Below, in pieces: positions 39,794 through 53,880 of a stretch of 64,000 nucleotides of DNA. The number at the start of each line of letters is the position of its first letter. Positions within the stretch are counted from its first letter, which is position 1. Under the pieces are notes generated by a model. That model saw nothing but the letters and a program-made list of their open reading frames with translations. It searched no databases and was not told the DNA's origin. The DNA comes from Octopus vulgaris (Eukaryota), in assembly GCA_951406725.2 (NCBI GenBank), contig OX597814.1, forward strand, positions 195,734,001 through 195,798,000, written 5' to 3'. Both the position numbers and the translations under genes were made by a program.

Positions 39794-41465
39794 TAGACTT
39801 AAACATAAGGCGGGTTGCACAACACTGTCCAGTAAAATTTGGGAACTGAAAGAAAAAATATCGAATTTAACCTAAAATGGGATATAATAAGAAAGGCATA
39901 GCCTTATAAAAATAGTAGGGATGGATGTGAACTTTGTTTTATGGAGACATATGGAAGTTTAAAAGATAGGAATAATACAAACTTTTTGAATAACCGTTCC
40001 GAACTGGGATTATCTTGTATACATTCTGCTACACGTACGTTTAAGTATTTTAAATAATAACATTCTGACCATTCCTAAATTTTCAAATCCTAATATTTTG
40101 TAACCAAATAAAAAATTAATATACCATACTAGCTTTTATTTAACCTGCCTAGATTACTAAGAAATTTCATTGTATATATAAATCTGAATATAATGAAATT
40201 AGGAATTTTTTATTTTGATACTTTCCTATATTAGATGGAAGAAAAAAATTCTATATATCTAGGGAAATTACTTGGTTCATCTTGATTACCTCCCTTCCAT
40301 TACTTTTTAATATATCTTATTGAATCCTGATATATTTACTAAATTGATAAAGTTTTTCTCCAAAGGTAGTAAATATTATGTCTAACATAATCTTTTAATT
40401 CGACTCATTAATAAAACAAATCACCATTTACTAGCTAATTATGATTCTCTATTAATAGAAATAGAGATATATTAATATGAAATAATTACAAAAAAATTCT
40501 ATATACCGAGAGAAATTACTTGGTTCATCTTGATTACCTCCCTTCCATTACTTTTTAATATATCTTATTGACTCCTGAGATATGTGCTATATTAATAAAG
40601 TTTTTTTTCACCACAGTTAGTAAATACTATGTCCAACATTTGCTTTTAATTCAACTCATTAAAAAAATCCCCATTTACTAGCTAATTATGATTATATATT
40701 AATAGAAATGGATATATAAATATATAAATATGAAATGATCTATATATTTTTTCTATCCCTATATAAGATACTAATATTTCTTGAAATTCTTTAGGAAATT
40801 GTCTAAAGAATATTTACTTAGATTTCTTAATATAGAATCTGGATGTCAAATGGTAAGGGACATTAAAATATCGAGAGCACTAGTAGTCTATGTTTCCCTA
40901 CCCCTCTAACTTCAACCTACTAGCTTTTTGTTATAATACAAATGTGTCTTAACTGAATTCCTCAAAATGGGAATAGGTTTATGGTTCTGATATTTGTACT
41001 ACCCCTTCCTATATCTATAAATAGAAAATATTCTTTGTCTCCATTCAACCAAAAATAAATTCCCCTCCCCATTGACAGACATCAAAGTGAACTAAATGAC
41101 AAAATCTACAGACGGGGAGTGAACATACTACTATCATGTTCTTAAGAATGAAATTAACCTCTCTGTCTATATATCTACCCTCTTTATAATGTTGGCAAAT
41201 GAAATAGAGATAAGAATGTGCATTATCCGTTTGACTGGAAAATTCTATAAGTGGCTGAATATTGCTCGACATTTTAAAACTGATGTAATGCTTACAGTGT
41301 TTAATAAAATGAAGTACCATGAAACAATTGTACTGCTCTACCTCGAATATATTTGTTGCTTAATTTGATTATAATCACCCATTTGATTTATATGGATAAT
41401 ACCATACCAAATTCTGGTACCTTTGACTTAAAGTACCATATTCATCTGAATCTAAATTTTGCTGA
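39794..41465 (+). mobile_element. Penelope-like element: endonuclease C-terminus plus long 3' UTR
   Basis: TTLSSKIWELKEK/IEFNLKWDIIRKA*PYKNSRDGCELCFME...FLNNRSELGLSCIH. Internal tandem duplication of about 249 bp (40242-40490 / 40491-40720). Confidence 0.8.
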
Positions 41466-41900
41466 TCTTATATATATATATACACATATATACATATATT
41501 TTATAATATATTATTATTGATATCAGGATATCAACATTAGAAAATTCTTCAGAAAAATATATACGTACGTAAAATAATTGCTGTATTAAAAATATAAATA
41601 TATATAAATATATACTTAAATTTATAAGTATAAATATATAATGTATATGACAGTTTTGAAAGTTTTGAATTAAGCTTTCAGAGCATCCCACGATCGGTTC
41701 ACAGAAGTACTGCCCCTATAATGAAATCCTATATTGATAAGCATTTATAGACAACTCCTCTGCTCTTCAGAGATATAAACTTTGAATTTTGTATAATATA
41801 TCGAATGGTAGTTTTTTTAAAATATGAATTAATACTATAAAATGGTGTTTGTTTCAAATATAAATTAAAATTTAACATTATAAATTACTGCTTTTGATTT

Positions 41901-41992
41901 TGGTAAATACACTTTAGTATGAGAATCTTTAAATCCATATATAAGGAAGTATATATGGATTTAAAGACTCTCATACTAAAGTGTATTTACCA
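41901..41992. repeat. near-perfect hairpin, 43 bp arms and 6 nt loop
   Basis: TGGTAAATACACTTTAGTATGAGAATCTTTAAATCCATATATA-aggaag-reverse complement, with one mismatch. Confidence 0.95.
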
Positions 41993-42403
41993 TATTTTAA
42001 GCAATATTCTTTAAATAAACATCTTTGACTCTGCAACACTGTGTATAAACTTGGAATGACCAAGTTTAAATACTGCTGGAGCTCGCTCATAAGGTATTGG
42101 AATCTTACATTGTCTATAAACTCTATATTTGGAAGGACCCATTTTAAATTCTGTTAGATTTTACTCATTAGTTATTGGAATCTTACATATATACCATTCT
42201 GCCTAAAAAATGGATCTACAACTTCAGTATCCCTACATATCTCAAATCTATTTTCTTTCCTCCACCTCACTCTCTATTTCTCAGAGGGTACTCATTTTAA
42301 CGATAGCCAGAACGAATTTTATCGATCCAGAGCGTAAATATGGACGAAATGCCGCTAAGCATTTTTCTTGGCGTGCTAACGATGCTTCCAGCCCGCCGCC
42401 TTT

Positions 42404-42468
<65 letters not shown>

Positions 42469-43727
42469 TCTGAGCAGAATAGGTTATTCAGAGCAGATTA
42501 GAAGAGATTCTATAAAGAAATAAATGGAAAGTGTACAGATGAAAATTTGAGGCCAGATAATATTGAAAGTCAAAGGTTTTGGAGTGACATCTGGCGTAAA
42601 GACAAGGAGCACAAGAAGGATGCTGGTTGCAAGAACTAAAACAAATAGTCGTCTGTCCATAACAGGTAGAACTAACCATTTCAGTTAAGGAAATGAAGGA
42701 AATCAGCAAAAAATGGGTAACTGGAAATCCCCGGGACCAGATGGAGGTCAAGGCTTCTGGATCAAAAGATTTGGTGATTATTTATGCACGAATAGCTGCA
42801 CAAATCAACACCTTGTCAAATGCCGACCAAGTAACACCAGAGTGGCTGACAATGTGTAAGACATCGAAAAAGGCAATACGGTAGACAACTACAGGCCGAT
42901 ATCCTGCTTGCTACTTATATCGAAATTATTGACTGAAATATTCGCAGAGTCAATATACGGACATCCAGGAAAAAGTGGTGTTCTGCCACATGAGCAGAAG
43001 GGTTACAAGCGTAAGTGCAGAGGTACCAAGGATCAACTCCTAGTAGACAAAACTGTACTTAGAGACTGAAAGTGGAGGAAAATTAACTTAGCAATATCAC
43101 GGATACATTATCGTAAGGCGTAAGATATGATTCCACATTCTTGGATTATGGCATGTATGAACTTACTTGGTATTGCATCGAATGTTGAGCAATTGTTTGG
43201 AAAAAGTATGGCGAAGTGGCGGACGGAACTGAGAGCGTATGGAAGAAGTTTAGGGACATTAGAAATCACGAGAGGCATCTTCCAAAGGGACTGCCTGTCC
43301 CCACTGATCTTTGTACTGTGCACGATACAACTAACACTGATTCTGAGGAAAGCAAAGGCTGGATATGTATTCAAAAGCCGCCAGCAAAATGTCAACTACT
43401 TGTTATTCATGGATGACCTCGATACGGTGTATACTTGTATACTTTTAGTGCTGATATCGGAATGGAGTTCGGACTGAAAAAGTGTGTAGTGTTAGTCTTT
43501 CAGAGAGGCAAAATCAAATGTATGGACGGGCTAGCGATACATTCGTGGGACGTTACGAAGCAGATAGACGAGACGAGCTATAGGTACTTGGGGATATTGG
43601 AAATGGATAAATTGATGGAGAAAAAAAATGAAAGAAAAATATAAGGTGGAGTACTTGCGCAGACTGTGACTGATCCTTAAGTCGAAATTAAACGGACGGA
43701 ATAAGATTGAAGCTATCAACACCTGGA
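42469..43727 (+). mobile_element. decayed non-LTR reverse transcriptase, R4/Dong-like
   Basis: Motifs [93 protein letters not shown], with stops and frameshifts. Starts directly after (TAA)n. Confidence 0.85.
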
Positions 43728-43880
43728 GGAGAACAAGCGGGAGGAGGAGAAGAAGGAGGAGAACAAAGGGGAGGAGGGAAACAAGGAGGAGGAGGAGAAC
43801 AAGCAGGAGAAGAAGAAGAAGAAGAAGAAGAAGAAGAAGAAGAAGAAGAAGAAGAAGAAGAAGAAGAAGAAGAAGAAGAA
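43728..43880. repeat. (GGA)/(GAA)n purine tract
   Basis: Directly visible. Confidence 0.95.
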
Positions 43881-44474
43881 CTACAGCATAAAGCCTGAAA
43901 TTCTGTAAGTGGGAGCTAGCCAATTACATAAACCTTAGGGTTCCACAGGTACTGATTTTCGTGATCCAGAAAGACTGAAAGGCAAAGTTGACATCACCGG
44001 AATTTGAACTCAGAACGTAAGCCGTAAAGAAATTCCGCTAAGCATTTGTTACGACTGACTAACGGCGTGCAAACGACTCAGGCCAACTTACCGCCTTCCT
44101 GGTTAATGGCAACTTAGTTTTGCCTGCCTCTGCCGGAAAAGTTTCAAGATGAAAAAGATGAAAAAGGAAGATTTTGGCCGAGACGTGTATTGTCCAGGGT
44201 GTCTAATCTTGTTTTACAATTATGTTACTTCAATTACCTGAAATATTAAAATTTAAATAATATCCCGGAATCTTCCGCTCGTAAAATCGCACCGTTTTGG
44301 CAGTAAAACAGAGACAAGGGGGCACAGGGAATTCAGATGTGTGGAATGTCGGGGTGGGGGGGTGGGGCGCTTGGAACATTCTTCCAACGTTTCAAAGTGA
44401 AACTGATTAACTATTTACAAGCATCAAAATAATCAACACCGTTCTATTTAATCATCAATATTATACACGTCAGA

Positions 44475-45051
44475 ATCATCATTATTATCGTGGCCATCAT
44501 CATCATCATCACCTTTATCATCATCATCATCATCATCATCATTATCATCATCATCGCCATCATCATCATTGCCATCATCATCATCATCATCATCATCGCC
44601 ATCATCATCGCTATCATCATCATTATCATCATCATCATCATCATAATTATGTTCATCATCACCACCACCAACAAAACCACCACCACCACCATGATGATGA
44701 TCTTCATCTTCAACAATGACCCATCATCATTATCATCACCACCACCGACACCGCCTTCATTATAATGATCGTCATCATCACATTCATCCCACCACTACCA
44801 CCACTACCATCATCATCGTCATCATCATCATTTTGATCATCTTCAACAATGAACCGCTATTATCATCATCACCTTTATTATCATCCTAATAGTCGTCGTC
44901 ATCATCATCATCATCCTTCTCGCCATCAGTGTTGTTGTTGTCATCATCATCATTGTCATCATCATCACCATCATCATCATTTTCGTCATCATTGTGGTTG
45001 TCATCGTCATCATCATTGTCATCATCATCATCATCGCCATCGTCGTCGTCA

Positions 45052-45082
<31 letters not shown>

Positions 45083-45470
45083 TCTCCTCCTCATCATCTT
45101 ATTAGCACGAACGACACCAATCTCACCTCGATCATCTTCATCACGATCTGCGTCTATGTCTCATCCTCCTCATTACCATCGTCATCGTCAGCTAATTACC
45201 ACTATCCGCCGCCGCCGCTCTACCCTCGTTGTCATGAACACCATCGTTGTTATCGCTGTTCTAATTTCCATTTCCATCATAAACATCGACATTAATATCG
45301 CATCGCCATCGTTGCATTATCATCGTCGCCATCATAATCATTACCACCACCGCCAGTACCCCCACCGAAAACCATAATCCTTTCTCTGCAATCGCCGCCA
45401 TCTCCATCATTTATATCGTCTTCATCTTTGCCGGTCTAATTACAGTTTTCACTCTCACCGTCACCATCGC
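44475..45470. repeat. long degenerate (CAT)n low-complexity tract
   Basis: About 1 kb of CAT/CAC/CGT/CCT triplets. Confidence 0.9.
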
Positions 45471-45512
45471 TATCCTTATGTTTCTAAAGCAGCCTTCTTT
45501 ATTATCTGTAAT

Positions 45513-45676
45513 GGGCGCAGGAGAGGCTGTGTGGTAAAAAGCTTGCTTACCAGCCACATAGTTCCGGGTTCAATCCCACTGCGTGGTGCATTGGGCAAGT
45601 GTCTTCTACTATAGCCTCAAGTCGACCAAAGACTCGTGAGTGGATTTGTTAGACGGAAACCGAAAGAATCCCATTG

Positions 45677-45718
<42 letters not shown>

Positions 45719-45915
45719 CGTGTGTGTGTGTATGTGTGTGTGTGTGTGTGTGTCTGTTTGTCCATCGCTTGGCAACCGATATTAGTGTGTTTACGTTCCC
45801 GGCAAAAGAAACCGAGAAAGTACTAGGCTTACTAGAATAAGTCCTGGGGTCGATCTGTTCGACTAAAGGTGGTGCCCAAGCAAGGTCGCAGTCAAATGAC
45901 TGAAGCAAAAGGATA
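45513..45915 (+). mobile_element. SINE family B with internal deletions
   Basis: Head GGCGCAGGAGAGGCTGTGTGG, tail GCAGTCAAATGACTGAAG. Confidence 0.85.
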
Positions 45916-46149
45916 AAATAATATATATACATTTATCTATTTTAAATAATTGATAGGGAAGGCATTGTGTACTGTAAGTTTTATTTAGCACTATGATCGT
46001 TTCGGCTTACCTCTGCACTACTACCTAGTGAGTAGGGAACGTTCTTCATTCATTAGGGTGCAGTATAGATATTAGCCGAAAGAATCACCGTGCTAAATAA
46101 ATCTTACAGTACAAACAGTACCGCGGTTGACGCCTATTATCTGTAGTTA

Positions 46150-46600
46150 CTTATTCAGATTACATGTTCAGGTTTATACCTGTAATTATTGGTGCCATGG
46201 GATATGTAAAACATTGCCTAAATACCGATCTCGAGAAATTAGGCTACTCAAAACCAGAAAGGAAAAAGCTAATTCGAAGGCTACAGATCCAATCCAGCGC
46301 TGGAACTGTAAAAATTTGTAAAAGTTCCCAGAAGGTTATCATTTAAATATATTTGAGCGTGTCTAGATATGTAACTTTATGCGTGAGAATACATTCATAA
46401 AACATACAAATCTGCAGATACATACATACATACATACATACATACATACATACATACATACATACATACATACATACATACATACATACATACATACCCT
46501 GTTGTTGGTGTTGAAATTCCAAAGAAGGAGCCTTGGGTCTAGGTTAGAAATCGGTTCTTTCTTTATTGGCAAGAAACCGTGAAATAAACTGAATAATGAC
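46150..46600 (+). mobile_element. 3' end of an RLE-type (R4-like) non-LTR element
   Basis: FRFIPVIIGAMGYV...LEKLG...LQIQSSAGTVKICK resembles the IPV(I/V)IGALG tail after the restriction-like endonuclease; UTR contains (TACA)n. Confidence 0.65.
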
Positions 46601-46866
46601 ATACATACACACACATATCCATACACACACACAAACACACATACGCACACATATATACTAATTTATATATATATATACGTGTCGGTGTGTATAGTATGTA
46701 AATAATGTATACACGTATAAGATATATAATGTGTATATATATATTATTTATCCTGACAATTCTTTGTTTTACAACACTGAAGCGTTAATCACCACTTTTC
46801 GAAATGCAATCCATGGTATCTGATTATATTGTGAGTTTTCTCTTGCAAATCAATTTTTGTGAACCC

Positions 46867-47921
46867 ATGGATAGATAAAAAAATTCGTGTTGTTTATGAA
46901 TATTTGTTCCGCCGTGAAACTCGAAACATCCATGAGGTGTTTTGGTGAAGAGGCGAATGAACGCACTGTATGTCGATGGTTTAAAATTTCCTGTCTGATG
47001 ACTTAACTCTTGAAAATCAGCCCCATGTTCTCAGATCGGCAAAGTAAAGAAGCTGCACAAGTGGGTACCACACAAACTGAACAAATATCAAATGACAAGA
47101 CGTCTTGAAACTTGATATTCTTTGCTGTCAAAGCATAAAAGCGAACCATTTTTGCATCGTATTGTTACGTGTGATGAAAAATGGATTCTTTTCAACAATA
47201 ACAAGAATCTGCACGGTGGTTGGATGGAGACGACGTGCCGAAACATAATCCAAAAAGAATATTCACCAAAAAAGCTGATAGTGTCTGTGAGAATACATTC
47301 ATAAAACATACAAATCTGCAGATACATACATACATACATACATACATACAAATATACATACATACAAATATACATACATACATACGAACATACATACATA
47401 CCCAGGGCTATTGTCATTCGCCTCGGCTTCATGAGACCTGTTAAGTCAATGACAGCAGATGTATGCATCAACCAGTTGGATGAAATGAGTGAACTTGCAA
47501 TTAAACAACCGAGATGGATCAATAGAGACAAGCCAATTCTCTTGCAAGACGATGTTCAACCACATGTTGCACAAAGAACGCTGCTCAGGTTACAGGAACT
47601 GAACATGGAAGTACTCTGTCATCCACCCTTATTCACCAGACCTTGTACCAACTGACTATAACGTTTTCCAGGCATTAGACAACTTTTTGCAAAGAAAAAA
47701 CCTTCGAATCTGAAGAAGATGCAAAAATAGCCTTTCGCGATTTCATCACCTCTTGCTCTCCAGAATTCTTCGCTGCCGGCATAAATAAGCTTGCGATAAA
47801 ATGGCAAAATTGTGTCGACAATTTAGGTGCATGCTTTGATTAACTGCATTGTTTTTTGTCGAGATAAAATAAAATATACTTTCAGTACAAAATAGGTCAT
47901 TTGATTCTTAGTAAACTAATG
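46867..47921 (+). mobile_element. decayed mariner element
   Basis: KWVPHKL, FLHRIVTCDEKWI (D1), LLQDDVQPHVA (D2), EVLCHPP...PDLVPTDY after a frameshift (D3). Deletions, frameshifts and a 117 bp foreign patch. Confidence 0.9.
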
Positions 47922-48465
47922 TCGTTTATTTTTTACTTTCACTCATTAGACTGCTGCTGTGCTGGGGCACCGCCTTGAAGAATTTTTAGTCGAATGCATC
48001 TCGCCTCGTTGTAATCCATTACGTCTTGAATAGTCCCATGCCAAATTCAGCACAATTTCAGTGCATAACACCCCACCACACACATAGGGCAAGCTTCTTT
48101 CAGTCTCCGTCTACCAAAGCCATTTACAAGGTTTTGGTCAGCTTGCGGCTATAGTGGAAGACACCTCAGGTGGTATGCATTTATATATATCTCTTATATA
48201 CATTACAATTATCTATAAATCATATGTACATTAGAATAACGTATACACACACACACATATATATATACTTATATGTATAATTATATGTACATATATATAT
48301 ATATATACTTATATGTATAGTTATATGTACATATATATATATATACATACATACATATATAAATACATATATATATACATATACATATATATATATCTAC
48401 ATATATATACATATACACACACACGTACACACATATCTATATGTGTATCAATCTATTAAAATCAA

Positions 48466-48558
<93 letters not shown>

Positions 48559-49009
48559 GTATACATATCTACATATATTTATTCACTTATACAGAGCGAG
48601 TTAGTGGGAGGGAAGGATCGTGAGAGGTTGTGCTTTTTTCTCCAAGTCTAACCACAAAATATTGTAACGTTTCCTTTTCTCTCTTTTATATTTTAAAATC
48701 AATAACTAATTTTTTCTTCAATTATGTTGCTTTCATCTTTCATATTCTTCTTCTTTCTGCTACTCAGTCACCTGAATGTCTTTAGATTTCTTTTTTTTCT
48801 TCATTTTCTTCTTCAAACAATTACTTGCTCTTTCGAAAAATGCCAGGTGTATTCTCCTAATTTCTATGCAAACGATACGAGTCTGAATAATTAAAGTATA
48901 GCTGTATTTTCAATTTGTTGTCTTTTATATCAACTTACATCTTTTATCATAAGTTAATTGATAAGCAAAAAGAAACCGAGACAATATCATATATACACAC
49001 AGACATCTA

Positions 49010-49035
49010 TATGCATACATACATACATACATACA

Positions 49036-49071
<36 letters not shown>

Positions 49072-49181
49072 TACATTCATACATACATTCATACATACAT
49101 TCATACATACATTCATATATACATTCATACATACATACATACATATATACACACACATACATACATGTATATATATATATA

Positions 49182-49215
<34 letters not shown>

Positions 49216-49313
49216 CACACACATACATACATACATATATACATACATATATAGACATACATACATACATATATATATACATTCATACATACATACATAC
49301 ATACATACATACA

Positions 49314-49347
<34 letters not shown>

Positions 49348-49386
49348 CACACACATACATACATACATATATACATACATATATAG

Positions 49387-49417
<31 letters not shown>

Positions 49418-49427
49418 TATACATTCA

Positions 49428-49463
<36 letters not shown>

Positions 49464-49589
49464 CATACATACATACATTCATACATACATACATACATTT
49501 ATACATACATACATACATTCATACATACATACATACATACATACATACATACATACATACATACATACATACATACATACATACATACA

Positions 49590-49620
<31 letters not shown>
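49010..49620. repeat. (TACA)n microsatellite with higher-order duplication
   Basis: The variant block ...CACACACATAC...TATAGACATAC... repeats at about 49205-49290 and 49335-49430. Confidence 0.95.
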
Positions 49621-49625
<5 letters not shown>

Positions 49626-49916
49626 TAAATGTATATATATATATGTATGTATCTATGTCGGTATGTATTTTACATACATTTACATAGCTTTATATATGTG
49701 TATATTGATTCCCCCCACCAAAAAGAAAATGTCTAAACGAAACTATATAAGAATGTTAGCGGAGTGCGGTTGGGTGATGTGTGTTGCATATTCACGCTTA
49801 TATGCACGGCTTATCTCTATATCTCTTCTTTTCCTCCTTCTTCACACTCCCACTCGCTAAAACCATATACGCATATTCGCACATATAAGCCCATGTACAC
49901 CTCTCTCTCTTCCCAA

Positions 49917-49958
<42 letters not shown>

Positions 49959-51712
49959 ATGTATGTATGTAAAATATACGTTTATATATTTATACACGTA
50001 TCCACGAGTTTCTTAATACCTCATTCAATGCATATTTATATTGTAGTAACACGGAAATCGATATGTAATTTAGATCGTATTAGAACTTACGATAATAGAT
50101 ATATAGTAGCACACATACGAAGAATATATGGGAATTTCAATTTTAATCTTGAATATCAGGTTTATGCCATTCACATCCACACACGCATATCTGTCTGCGT
50201 ATATGTGCGTGTATATATATGTTGTGTGTGTACATATATATATATATGGAGAGATAGAGAGTGAGGGCGAAGGAGAGAAGGGGGAGAGAGATAGAGAGGG
50301 AGTGGGAGAGAGTGAAAGAGAGACAATGAGAGTGATAAAGGGAGCGACAGACAAAGAAAAAGAGAGAGAGAGATGGGGGATGGATTAACATATTATACGA
50401 CTAAACGCACGCACCCTATTAAGTAAGATTGTTCTGTTTATCAAGTTCGCCTTGATATTAACTCTCACGCGACTCTGCATCTTATATATTTATACACGTA
50501 TATGTTTTTATACATATTAATATGTATTGAATATATATATATACTAGCAAACACACCCGTCCTTTGGAGAGTTTAAGTTGCTTTGGTGGTATTTTTTTCA
50601 CCAAATAAATGAACTACCGAGAAGGTTTACGAGTTCTAAGGCCACTGGTCGACTTCTTCCTCTCTCGTCGTCCACTATAATCCAGCGTTTGCAATACTTT
50701 TTTCGTCTGGCGTTAACAGCCCTTCTTATCTTGTTCTCCTTGTCCTGTCTCTCACTGTTATATATTTATTTTTCCACTGTTTATATATATACAAGTTTGC
50801 AAGGGATGCAAAGTAGAGCTGCTGATGTGTTTTAGGAGTACATTACGATAATGCCTACAAAATATAGTTGTGTTATATGAAAGCGAAATTTCTTGTTAGA
50901 ATCAGCCACATAAATGGTGTAAGGAAATTGAAAGATGACGTTGAAACTTACCCTCTGTATGTTTATTTTATATATATATATAACAGCAAAGGACGCTATT
51001 TTTTCGGAGAGAAGTATGATTGGTACGTTCAAAAAATGGCAAGATAATACTTACTTGCAAAAGCAGATTTAAAGGAATGTATTTGCTACATACTTGCAGT
51101 GTACGTAAGGAATTGACTTCAGGTAACGAAAAATGAAGACATGAAGATTTTAACTTCAGTTCACTGCAATTTACAGTGAAAAAATGTCGCGTTGAAAGGT
51201 AGAAAGATAATTGCGAAGTTGTAATGACGGTTAAAATGAGTAGGATACACGTATATACGTACTCAAAATAACCAGTATGAGTCTGAGTCTTATTCTGAGT
51301 AGAGAGTTTACTTACAGTTGTCCCCCTGCATATAACCACAGCCATTATTAAGCTTTCATGATGGATTGAAAGGGATCACGTCCGCCGGTAACGCCCAATG
51401 AAAATTGGAGAATGATTGCACAGTATTCGAGTTTTTAGCCATTCAGACCAAAGTCAGAATGTTTCCCAGTCAACACCACAAGGATGTGAACTCTTGTGGA
51501 CCATCCCACGCCATCCCGCTCCGTCCAACGTCGGTGTGTCGAAACAACTGCTAAAGAGTTGACATGAAAAATTATGTTGATGTATTGGTGAAAGAGGTAG
51601 CCATATAGACGATGGTGTGGCTTCATCGGGAGTGCAGAGCATCCTAGTGGCTCTCCGATAGATGTTCGGTCATACCTTATGATAGCTTTGAAGTTGGGGC
51701 CGTCTATATGTC

Positions 51713-52331
51713 AGGTGAAATGAGTTCGCGAGAATGGAGAGAAGAGCAGATGTCAACTCGGGATTTGCGGTTGCTTTCGGACAATTCACGAGGCACCCAT
51801 TTTCCAAGTTTAGGAACTTTTCTAAGTTGTTGATAACAACGAACTGTCGTATCGTCTGAACTAAGCTTTATTGTTAATTCTTCAACTGATAATGCAGGAT
51901 TTTCTTCAAGTGATAAAGGAGCTTATCATCAAACTCAACTGGGCGTCCTGTTCGATCTTCACCTTCAAGGCTGAAATCTCCACTTCTGAATTTTGCAAAC
52001 CATCTTCTGCAAGTTCTTTCATTCAAGCCTTCTTTCCCATAAACTGAGTGTACATTTCGAGTCGCTTCGGCTGCAGAGTTTCCTTTTTTTGTACTCATAA
52101 AGCATTATGTGCCTCAAATACTCTTTGGATACTTCCATGTTAGAAAGGGTTTTAATCAAAGAAATTTGAATTTTATTTTTCTGTAAAACAATATTCAATT
52201 AGTTTCAATGTACAGTACACAAATGCATAAAAATAATTTCTAATTCCATTAGACATTCTAAAATACTATTAAATTTCATTCAATTTTTAAAAAAATGTAC
52301 AATCGGTCAGAACTTATGGGGTGACCTGATA
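51713..52331 (-). mobile_element. mariner element, 5' half
   Basis: TA-TATCAGGTCACCCCATAAGTTC terminal sequence. MEVSKEYLRHIMLYEYKK/GNSAAEATRNVHSVYG...RRWFAKFRSGDFSLE..RTGRP...GKWVPREL. Confidence 0.9.
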
Positions 52332-53770
52332 TAAATGCAAATAACTAAATATATTCGGAAGATGTGCAAGTCATGTAACTATTTCTCTACATGCGGCTCT
52401 CTTTTTTGAAGGTATCTCAGAAAGTTGACTGGGAGGAAGGAAGGCGTCTTCAAACCAGAAATGCTTGCAAGAGAGAAGACTTCTCTTAGCGCATTTGTTT
52501 TGCTAACCGGAGCTGCTAAGTCCAACACCAAAATAGGCCTTTGTGGAATTTGAACTCAGAACGCAGGACAAACAGTGCAAAGCTTGCGGTCGGACGTTTT
52601 TATTCTTCTGCCAATCTACCGCCCTGGATTGGTGTACCGATCCGAAATATCGAAAACCTAAACTGGCGACGAGTTACGTGCCTGGTACACAATTTCGAAG
52701 CAGGTAAGCTTCTGTTAAAACTATCAGTCTCAGTTAAGTCACTGTTAATATTTTCAGTCTTAATTACCTATTTAACAGCAAGATACTGTTAAAATTTTCA
52801 ATCTCAATTAATAATTCCGCTTCTTTTTAACATCACTAATGTAGTTTTTCTCTTACTTGTTATTATTTTAATTAGCATCTTATAAATAGTTGTCCTCCCA
52901 AAGCTCTGATGTTGTACCAAGTTTCAACCAGGCAATAATGCTATTCAACATGTATAGTCATCAAATTCATGCATATAAAAGACTACATGAAAAACAGATT
53001 CTATACAAGCTTTCCGAAAAGTATTTAGTGCTTAAAAGAAATAGAATTCTTCAAGGTTTAAAGTTGAAAAGTCAATTCTTTGGCAAGCTACCCCATACGT
53101 ATATCGTAGATTTTGTTCAATGTACGTTACAGATTTTGCTGAAGCTGTTGAGTAAAGTTATTACTTCAAGTAGATTAAATGAAAGATTAGAGATGTTGGT
53201 AGATACTCCATCGGGCCCGACGATGTTGGTTTTTTTTCTTTTGTTTTGCGTAGCTGGTTTCCAACTTGTGAAATCAATTCACAAGCAGTCGTATATTCGG
53301 CGGATGCATATACCCTTCCCTCTTTTCTCAAGCCGAAACCTCATCGTGAGGTGGCTGAACGTTTGAATTACAGAAAGAAATAGAGAGATAGAGAGAAGAA
53401 CCATTTTCTTGCTAGACAGTTATTATCGGCCTTGAAAGGATGAAACTGGGCGTGATTTGAAATCAGATGACACTTTACCACCAGACAGGGGAAACCCCTC
53501 CAACTCATGATTCTGTTTGGGTAGTCGCTACTAGAGAGTGTTTTTACATGGTCGGTGTGAACCACCTAACTCAACCTGTCTTACGAAGTACATAGGAAAC
53601 AATGGGATTAGCCACTGGATTGCTGATCCCCTCAAACTGGAACAAAAATGATCTCAACACAAACGGTTTTAAGAATTTTAAAGATTTGAAATATACTCGA
53701 TAAATTTTGCTAAACCTATTGCAATCGCTCTGTTAGATATTTACAAGTAAAATTCCGTCCTTTGAAAGAA

Positions 53771-53879
53771 ATACTAGCTACAGCGGTAAATATTCTAAAA
53801 CTGGAACGATACAGAGAAGATTAGCATGGCCCCTTGCACAAGGATGACATGCAAATTCGTGAAGCATTCCATATTTTTT
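53771..53879 (+). pseudogene. U6: full-length U6 snRNA-like copy, probably a pseudogene
   Basis: Colinear with U6 from the 5' stem to CCATATTTTTT. ACAGAGA box and AGC triad intact. About a dozen differences by eye, four of them CpG-decay type. Confidence 0.9.
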
Positions 53880-53880
53880 A

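Noticed and set aside
50544-50580. ACTAG plus CCCG, resembling a Helitron 3' end on the minus strand
   Set aside because: The hairpin is poor and no 5' TC end or second copy was found.
52890-53366. 158 aa plus ORF; minus strand has GPDGV at about 53202-53216
   Set aside because: The ORF has no motif. GPDG hints at a very old LINE RT, but following RT motifs are not recoverable by eye.
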